Below the pieces are notes generated by a model. It saw nothing but the letters and a program-made list of their open reading frames with translations, did no database searches and was not told the origin of the DNA. This document shows, piece after piece, positions 58,216 through 64,000 of a stretch of 64,000 nt of DNA; the stretch's first letter is position 1; every line of letters starts with the position of its first letter. Position numbers and translations under genes: made by a program. Origin of the DNA: Candidatus Woesebacteria bacterium RBG_13_46_13 (GTDB taxonomy: Bacteria; Patescibacteriota; Microgenomatia; UBA8517); contig MGFR01000001.1 in NCBI GenBank assembly GCA_001791995.1, forward strand, positions 177,148-241,147, read 5' to 3'.

Positions 58216-59214
58216 ATGGACAAGGCTATTGTTGTTGACCATTTGCTTAAAAACTTCGAAGTTACCGAGAAAAAACCGGGTCTGGTAAACTCCTTCACTT
58301 CTATATTTTCTCCCCAGAAAAAAACGATCAGAGCCCTAAGAAACATTTCTTTCACCGTTGAGTCCGGGGAGCTTGTCGGTTTTATCGGCCCCAACGGTGC
58401 CGGGAAAACAACCACCCTTAAGGTTTTATCCGGACTGCTTTATCCGACATCGGGCTTTACCTCTGTTTTGGAATTCGATCCCTGGGACAGAAAACCGGAA
58501 TTTTTGAAACAAATCTCTTTGGTGATGGGGCAGAAAAACCAGCTCTGGTGGGATTTACCCGCCATGGAGACTTTTGAGCTTAATCGGGCGATATACGAAA
58601 TACCCAAAAGGCAGTATGAAGAGACTTTGGATGAGCTGACCGAGCTTTTGGAAGTAAAAAAACTTTTAAACATCCAAGTCCGAAGGCTTTCCTTGGGTCA
58701 GAGAATGAGGCTTGAGTTGGTGGCGGCCTTGCTGCATAGTCCCAAAATTCTTTTCTTGGACGAGCCCACCCTGGGATTGGATTTGATTGCCCAACAGAAG
58801 ATGCGGGACTTTATCTACGAATACAACCGGCGCTCCGGCGCAACAATCCTTTTAACTTCCCACAACATGGACGATTTAATGGACCTGGCCAGGCGGGTCA
58901 TCGTCATCGACGAAGGCAGAATAATTTTCGACGGGGCACTTGAGGAATTGGTTAACCGCTTTGCCAAGGAAAAAATAATCAAGGTATCCCTCTTAAGAGA
59001 AGACGATATCAAGAGAATCGAGGAGATAGGTAAGGTAAAGAAATTGGCCTTTCCAGAAGTTATCCTCTCGGTTCCCAGAAGCACTACGGCGGTGGCCGCG
59101 GCGGAGCTGTTGCAAAACTTTCCTGTTGCCGATTTGACGATTGAGGAAGTTCCGATTGAGGAGGTTATCCGTAAAGTCTTCCGGGGAGAGGGAAAGAAAA
59201 AGCTTCTTAAATGA
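58216..59214 (+). CDS. ABC transporter ATP-binding protein (ABC-2 type)
   Basis: Walker A GPNGAGKTT, signature LSLGQRMR, Walker B ILFLDEPT. Confidence 0.88.
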   Translation: MDKAIVVDHLLKNFEVTEKKPGLVNSFTSIFSPQKKTIRALRNISFTVESGELVGFIGPNGAGKTTTLKVLSGLLYPTSGFTSVLEFDPWDRKPEFLKQISLVMGQKNQLWWDLPAMETFELNRAIYEIPKRQYEETLDELTELLEVKKLLNIQVRRLSLGQRMRLELVAALLHSPKILFLDEPTLGLDLIAQQKMRDFIYEYNRRSGATILLTSHNMDDLMDLARRVIVIDEGRIIFDGALEELVNRFAKEKIIKVSLLREDDIKRIEEIGKVKKLAFPEVILSVPRSTTAVAAAELLQNFPVADLTIEEVPIEEVIRKVFRGEGKKKLLK

Positions 59215-60014
59215 AAAAGTATCTGGCGATTTTTAAAATCTCCTTTGCCCAGGAGTTTGCCTACCGTTTGAACTTCATTATGTGGAGGCTGAGAAACGTC
59301 ATGCAGATTTTTTTGATTTTCTTTCTCTGGAACGCTGTATTTACGGACCCCACCCGAGTAGTTTTCGGTTACGACCGGGGCAAAATTTTAACCTATGTTT
59401 TCGGAATCCTGATTATGAAGGCGATTGTTCTTTCGGCCAGGACTATCGAGGTGGCCGGAGAAATCTCAAGCGGGGATTTAACCAATTTTCTTTTAAAGCC
59501 TGTTAACTATTTTAAGTATTGGTTTAGCCGTGACCTTTCCAGCAAGGCCTTAAATTTGGGCTTTGCCGCGTCTGAGGCACTAATTCTATATCTTATCCTT
59601 AGACCCCCGTTCTTTCTTCAGACCAATCCTTGGCTAATTGTTGCTTTTGTTATTTCTCTGGCTATCGCCGTGGTTTTGTTTTTCGGGCTTTTGTTTTTAT
59701 CCAACCTGATTGCATTTTGGATGCCGGAGCAGGGCTGGTCCGCCCAGTTTCTGATAATCGTGATCTTTACCGACTTTCTCTCCGGAGGGGTATTCCCCTT
59801 GGATATTTTTCCCCTGGTGGTTCAGAAGATCCTCTATACCCTGCCTTTCCCCTACCTCTTGTTTTTTCCGCTCCAGATATATCTGGGAAAAATACCGGTC
59901 ACCCAGGTCTGGGGAGGAATAATGATTGCCTGTGCCTGGACTCTGATACTACTGGCCGGCTTAAAATTTGTCTGGAACAGAGGTATCAGGAAATATGAAG
60001 CCGTAGGACGATAA
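59211..60014 (+). CDS. ABC-2 family transporter permease
   Basis: Six-TM permease translationally coupled to the ATPase gene. Confidence 0.7.
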   Translation: MKKYLAIFKISFAQEFAYRLNFIMWRLRNVMQIFLIFFLWNAVFTDPTRVVFGYDRGKILTYVFGILIMKAIVLSARTIEVAGEISSGDLTNFLLKPVNYFKYWFSRDLSSKALNLGFAASEALILYLILRPPFFLQTNPWLIVAFVISLAIAVVLFFGLLFLSNLIAFWMPEQGWSAQFLIIVIFTDFLSGGVFPLDIFPLVVQKILYTLPFPYLLFFPLQIYLGKIPVTQVWGGIMIACAWTLILLAGLKFVWNRGIRKYEAVGR

Positions 60015-60802
60015 TGAAAAACCTAAGAAAGTATCTCAAAGTATGGTGGATGATGAGTAAAAACAGCTTCATCCAGGTACTTATCAATAAATTCGGGGCA
60101 GGAGTTTTCCTGACGGGGAAAATACTCAGATTTGTTTTCTTCATGACCTTTATAGTCTTTCTTTTAAAAGGCACCCAGAATTTGGCGGGATATTCACTTT
60201 CCCAGACCGTCTTTTTCTTCCTGACTTTTAATCTGGTGGATATTGTTTCGCAGTTTTTGTTCCGTGAAGTTTACCGTTTCAGGCCCCTGATCGTCTCCGG
60301 GGGTTTTGATTTGGTATTAACCAAACCGATAAGCCCGCTTTTCCGTTCTTTGATGGGGGGAGCGGATATTTTGGATTTTATCACTATTCCTCCGCTTATC
60401 GTGGCAATTGTTATTTTGGCAAGGGGACTTAATCCGACAGCCATCTCAGCTTTCTTTTACATTCTCCTTCTGCTAAACGGTCTACTTCTGGCCACCGCTT
60501 TCCATATCATGGTGATATCTATGGGAATTATCACTTTTGAAATAGACCATACGATTATGATTTACAGGGATTTAACCAATTTGGGTCGGTTCCCGATTGA
60601 TATTTATGCTCAACCTTTAAGGGGGATACTGACCTATCTTATCCCGGTTGGAATCATGATTACTCTTCCGGCCAAAGCCTTGATGGGCCTGGTAAGCTAT
60701 CAGGGAGTTTTGGTTTCTCTGGCAATCGGAGTGTTGGCGCTATACGTGGCCAAACGTTTTTGGGGTATTGCTTTAAAAAGATATACTTCGGCATCAAGTT
60801 GA
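60014..60802 (+). CDS. ABC-2 family transporter permease (second subunit)
   Basis: Polytopic paralog-like permease coupled to the previous gene. Confidence 0.7.
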   Translation: MKNLRKYLKVWWMMSKNSFIQVLINKFGAGVFLTGKILRFVFFMTFIVFLLKGTQNLAGYSLSQTVFFFLTFNLVDIVSQFLFREVYRFRPLIVSGGFDLVLTKPISPLFRSLMGGADILDFITIPPLIVAIVILARGLNPTAISAFFYILLLLNGLLLATAFHIMVISMGIITFEIDHTIMIYRDLTNLGRFPIDIYAQPLRGILTYLIPVGIMITLPAKALMGLVSYQGVLVSLAIGVLALYVAKRFWGIALKRYTSASS

Positions 60803-60806
60803 TACC

Positions 60807-61748
60807 ATGGGGAAACTACTTATTATCTGCGGACCCACGGCCGTAGGCAAAACATCTTTAGCGATTGAGCTGGCAAGGACTCTGGAGGGGGAGCTGGTCT
60901 CTGCGGATTCCAAGCAGGTATATAAGGGGCTGGATATCGGAACGGGCAAAGATATTCCGCCTCAGGCCAAAAGGAAAGGATTCTATCTATATAAGGGGGT
61001 TAAGATCTGGGGATACGATTTGGTTGGGGCCAGTCAGGATTATAGCGTTGCCCAGTTTGTGGCCTTTGCCCAGGACCGAATCAAAAGAATCCGCAAGGAC
61101 GGCAAACTTCCTATCCTGGTAGGAGGAACCGGCCTTTACATCAGGGCCATAGTCGACGGTATTGGTACCGTAGAAATTCCCAACAACAATGCGCTGCGGA
61201 AGAATCTGGCGGAAAAAGAAGTCCAGGAGCTTTTCGAACTTCTGGCCCAACTGGACCCGATTAAAGCAGGCTCCTTAAACGCTTCCGACAAGAAAAACCC
61301 CAGGAGGCTGATCCGGGCAATAGAAATAGCCACCTGGAGACTTAACTCAGGGGGTAGGAAACTTAAGCAAGTTAGGCCACAAGAGGACGCCCTCTTTATC
61401 GGTCTTATCGCGCCCAAAAAGGTTCTTTACGAAAGGATAGACAAGAGAGTAGAGACACGTCTTCGGGCCGGAATTATCAAGGAAATAACGGCTCTTTTAA
61501 AAAGCGGGGTGGATTGGGACAACCAATCGATGAGCTCTCTGGGGTACAGGCAGTGGCGGGAATACTTTGCGGGGGTATCCTCCAAAGAGGAGGTGGTTAA
61601 GCTTTGGAAGGTGCAGGAGAGGAAATATGCCAAGCGTCAGATTACCTGGTTTAAAAAAGACCTCCGGATCATCTGGTTTGACGTAGTCTCACCCGGTTGG
61701 AGAGAAAAGGTGGAAAAATTGGTCAAAAAATGGTATAAATTGTCCTGA
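60807..61748 (+). CDS. miaA: tRNA dimethylallyltransferase
   Basis: ICGPTAVGKTSLAIELA...VSADSKQVYKGLDIGTGK. Confidence 0.9.
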   Translation: MGKLLIICGPTAVGKTSLAIELARTLEGELVSADSKQVYKGLDIGTGKDIPPQAKRKGFYLYKGVKIWGYDLVGASQDYSVAQFVAFAQDRIKRIRKDGKLPILVGGTGLYIRAIVDGIGTVEIPNNNALRKNLAEKEVQELFELLAQLDPIKAGSLNASDKKNPRRLIRAIEIATWRLNSGGRKLKQVRPQEDALFIGLIAPKKVLYERIDKRVETRLRAGIIKEITALLKSGVDWDNQSMSSLGYRQWREYFAGVSSKEEVVKLWKVQERKYAKRQITWFKKDLRIIWFDVVSPGWREKVEKLVKKWYKLS

Positions 61749-61760
61749 AAGGGGCCGAAA

Positions 61761-62738
61761 ATGCCGAGAAAAATCGAAATTTCCCACAAAACCATTATTT
61801 TCGCGGTTATGTTTTTGTTGGGTTTGTGGTTTTTCTACTACATTAGGGATTTAATCTTCGAACTTTTCATCGCTCTGGTTATAATGACCATTCTTAACCC
61901 CTTCGTCAGTAAAATCACCAAAATCAAGATTCCCAGAGGGTTTGCTATTTTAATCGTTTATATAGTTGTATTGGGTATTTTCGGTCTGGGAATTGCCGGG
62001 GTAATACCTCCATTGGTCGAGCAGACCACTGGATTTGTAAACAATCTTCCCCATTTTCTTTCCAGGATCGGGGTCAGCCGATTTATGAGTGAGCAGGTTA
62101 CCTCGCAGCTGCTTTCCCAACTGGGGGCCATTCCGGCACAGGCCTTAAAGTTCGGTTATTCGGTTTTTTCCAATGTCCTTTCGGTCTTAACGGTTTTGAT
62201 ATTTGCCTTTTACCTGCTTTTGACACGCGACAAACTGGATACCCAGCTGGCTTTTCTTTTCGGAGAAGACAAAAGGAGAGAAATTGGCAGGATAATCGAC
62301 ATGCTGGAGACCAGGTTGGGAAGCTGGGTGAGGGGGGAGCTGCTCCTAATGCTTTTGGTCGGAACCTTAATTTATATCGGCTTGGCCCTCTTGGGAATTC
62401 CTTTTGCACTGCCCTTGGCCATTATCGCGGGGCTGTTGGAAATAGTACCTATTTTAGGGCCGATTATCGCCGCCGTCCCCTCCGTAATTATCGGATTTAC
62501 CATCTCTCCGGTGATGGGGCTTGCCGCAGCCGCCCTGGCTTTTCTGGTCCAGCAATTTGAAAATTATGTTTTTGTCCCCAAGATTATGGAGAAATCGACG
62601 GGCGTATCTCCCTTAATTACGCTTTTCGCCCTGGCCATAGGCTATAGAATTGCGGGTCCCGCCGGAGCCGTTATCTCCATGCCGGTTGTGTTGGCACTCC
62701 AGGTCGTTTTGCGGGAATACTTCCTCTCCAGGCAGTAG
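61761..62738 (+). CDS. AI-2E family transporter (PerM/UPF0118)
   Basis: Eight-TM protein with a conserved GLLEIVPILGPIIAAVP region. Confidence 0.8.
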   Translation: MPRKIEISHKTIIFAVMFLLGLWFFYYIRDLIFELFIALVIMTILNPFVSKITKIKIPRGFAILIVYIVVLGIFGLGIAGVIPPLVEQTTGFVNNLPHFLSRIGVSRFMSEQVTSQLLSQLGAIPAQALKFGYSVFSNVLSVLTVLIFAFYLLLTRDKLDTQLAFLFGEDKRREIGRIIDMLETRLGSWVRGELLLMLLVGTLIYIGLALLGIPFALPLAIIAGLLEIVPILGPIIAAVPSVIIGFTISPVMGLAAAALAFLVQQFENYVFVPKIMEKSTGVSPLITLFALAIGYRIAGPAGAVISMPVVLALQVVLREYFLSRQ

Positions 62739-62766
62739 CTTTTTCTCCGGATACTATTTTGCCATC

Positions 62767-62792
62767 AAAAAACCCGCTTGCGCGGGATTTTT
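62767..62792. terminator. Bidirectional intrinsic terminator AAAAAA-CCCGC-TTGC-GCGGG-ATTTTT
   Basis: GC stem flanked by an A-run and a T-run; ends both the AI-2E gene (+) and rnpB (-). Confidence 0.7.
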
Positions 62793-63081
62793 GACCTCTG
62801 GAGGGTAGTAAGCCAGGTTCTGTTTCAGATGACCATCTGTCTAATGCCCTCAAACTTTGGGTCTCGGGAAAGCATCCTGATAACGACCCGTTCGGAGGTT
62901 GCAGCGGGGAGGATTGCCCCTTTTCACTCGTTCTCGTCTACCTTTAGGGTAGATGAGTCGACATAGTCTCTGTGGCTCTGACTAGCGCTTTCGCGTTCCC
63001 GCTTGCGCGGGACACCCTGCTTTCTGCTGCCTGGACTTTCCTCCCCGATTTTATTCGGGGCGGTCATCCTTCCTCCAGAGT
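62793..63081 (-). ncRNA. rnpB: RNase P RNA (bacterial type A-like, reduced, about 289 nt)
   Basis: The reverse complement contains the P4 strands AGGAAAGUCCAGGC and ACAGAACCUGGCUUAC, a P3 hairpin (GCCCCGAAUAAAAUCGGGG), the P9-like CCCGCGCAAGCGGG hairpin identical to E. coli M1 RNA, and P1 pairing CUCUGGAGG/CCUCCAGAG. Confidence 0.7.
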
Positions 63082-63087
63082 GGCAAA

Positions 63088-63116
63088 AGTATATCACGCG
63101 AGGCTGAAAAAAGCAA
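63088..63116 (-). promoter_or_regulatory. sigma70 promoter TTGCTT-17-TATACT for rnpB (minus strand)
   Basis: Hexamers read on the reverse complement; the -10 ends 7 nt upstream of the inferred rnpB 5' end. Confidence 0.45.
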
Positions 63117-63128
63117 TTTTCGGGTGAT

Positions 63129-63157
63129 TTGATATTTTTCTATACCTATAGTAGAAT
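63129..63157 (+). promoter_or_regulatory. sigma70 promoter TTGATA-17-TAGAAT for the small ORF, divergent from the rnpB promoter
   Basis: Hexamers at 63129-63134 and 63152-63157. Confidence 0.45.
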
Positions 63158-63218
63158 GCAAGCGCCTTTTAAAGGCAACTCGTCGCTCATTTATTATCCC
63201 ATCTCAAAGGAGGGGAGA

Positions 63219-63515
63219 ATGACCAGCCTAACGGAGCTTGTCAAGCTTGGCAAGGTGGCCTCGCGGGTCCTGATCGAGACGTTGGAGGCTCTGGCCAACA
63301 ACGGCAAAGATTTGGGGCTTGTCGAAGCCAAGGACGTTGTGGGGCTGCTCGATCGTTCGGAGCCACCCCTCTCGCGAGCTGAACTCGAGAGACTCAAGGG
63401 AGCCAGCCGAAAGGCATCTACCGATCTCGGGACTCAGGGGAAGAGCTGGGCAGAGCAGGATTGGGCGAGAATTGTCAATGCAATCGAAGCCAAACTTGCC
63501 AGGATGCCCAGGTGA
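63219..63515 (+). CDS. Small hypothetical helical protein (98 aa)
   Basis: ATG at 63219 sits behind an AAAGGAGGGGA Shine-Dalgarno and has its own promoter and a downstream hairpin; GC-rich; no known motif. Confidence 0.4.
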   Translation: MTSLTELVKLGKVASRVLIETLEALANNGKDLGLVEAKDVVGLLDRSEPPLSRAELERLKGASRKASTDLGTQGKSWAEQDWARIVNAIEAKLARMPR

Positions 63516-63525
63516 GTACGAAAAG

Positions 63526-63578
63526 AAAGACAGAGCCAGCAATGGTGGCCCCAAAGGCCTTAAATCTGTCTTTTTCTT
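63526..63578 (+). terminator. Long hairpin AAAGACAGA...TCTGTCTTT followed by a T-rich tail (candidate terminator of the small ORF)
   Basis: 9-bp outer stem with an inner GGCC-CCAAA-GGCC stem, then TTCTTTG. Confidence 0.4.
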
Positions 63579-64000
63579 TGGCAAAAATGTTGACAAACAA
63601 AGAACCGGCCTGAATGGGGATTTAGAAAAGCTGTAGTACAGCTACCCCAAACCAGGCCGGCAATGATCCACAGGGTGAACCCCTGAACGGAGTCCACCCC
63701 TTGTGGAGGAGGAGAAGGGTGAAGAAACGCCGTTCGCCCTTCTACTATTCAACTGGGGCGCCATCCCCAGGAATAGCTGGTCGGGTGGAAAACAACACCG
63801 GTTACCCTCCCAACATGAGGGGGGCACGCTAGGAAAGTAGCCAACATTGTCTCCACCCGGTGATGGAATCAAGAAGCCGTGGCGGAAAAGCAAATCTTTC
63901 CGCTTGGCGAATCTTGACCCCCAAACTATCAAGGTACTTTCTCTCCGGACCCCGGGCCCCTAACGGGGAGTTAAGAGCCCGGGGCAGCCGGAGGGAGGCG

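Noticed and set aside
63228-63596. 122-aa minus-strand ORF
   Set aside because: It is antisense to the better-supported small ORF (which has a promoter and SD), and it has junk-like composition.
63920-64000. 5' portion of a 5S rRNA gene (CCUAAC...AGUUAAG resembles loop C; nested helices II/III-like)
   Set aside because: The loop closed by CCCC/GGGG is only 4 nt, whereas loop C is about 13 nt, and the helix I region is not GC-rich. It is too weak to call and is kept only as a hypothesis under the tail finding.
63640-64000. tmRNA, SRP RNA, 16S or 23S 5' end, cobalamin, TPP or glycine riboswitch in the tail
   Set aside because: The diagnostic motifs (GGAUUCGAC; GGAAGCAGC; GAGUUUGAUCCUGGCUCAG; the B12 box in the correct order; CUGAGA) were not found on either strand.
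1-64000. CRISPR arrays, transposases, integrases and prophage genes
   Set aside because: No direct-repeat/spacer periodicity and no mobile-element proteins are seen. The only repeated element, CCCGCGCAAGCGGG (twice), is explained by the rnpB P9-like hairpin and its terminator.

Overview
This 64 kb window is an almost entirely co-directional (+ strand) block of core housekeeping genes from a roughly 50% GC bacterium. By inference it is a small-genome lineage: there is a minimal IF-2 of 466 aa, an AlaRS without the C-Ala domain, a compact HrcA, and no rbfA, truB or rplKAJL. Gene order: murJ (5' partial); CIRCE-like promoter, hrcA-grpE-dnaK-dnaJ; one reverse-strand unknown gene; nusA-infB; a degenerate DHH/NrnA-like gene; rpsO-pnp; a stand-alone Lon AAA+ module; UDG; RNase J; ftsK; a RodZ-like HTH protein; alaS; an inserted pair (an actin-fold/TM/extracytoplasmic-domain protein plus a sortase); ruvX, a small zinc-ribbon ORF and mltG; a strong promoter and leader hairpins; rpoB-rpoC-rpsL-rpsG-fusA-tuf-rpsJ; a structured 130-nt gap; rplC through rpsI (the S10/spc/alpha/L13-S9 clusters, including secY, adk, map, infA, rpmJ and rpoA); uppS with a long C-terminal extension; tauE (reverse strand); tRNA-Pro(GGG); recA-recX-rny; a polysaccharide deacetylase; hup; an ABC-2 exporter (ATPase plus two permeases); miaA; an AI-2E transporter; a bidirectional terminator; RNase P RNA (rnpB, reverse strand) with a divergent promoter pair; a small GC-rich ORF; and an unexplained, strongly structured GC-rich non-coding tail (63640-64000) that runs off the window. 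No mobile elements, CRISPR arrays or rRNA genes were identified with confidence. The observations most worth follow-up are the structured tail; the actin-fold protein plus sortase inserted into the conserved alaS-ruvX-mltG neighbourhood; the protease-less Lon AAA+ module; the recurrent promoter-then-terminator-hairpin leaders ahead of rpoB, tuf and rplC; and a zinc-ribbon L24.
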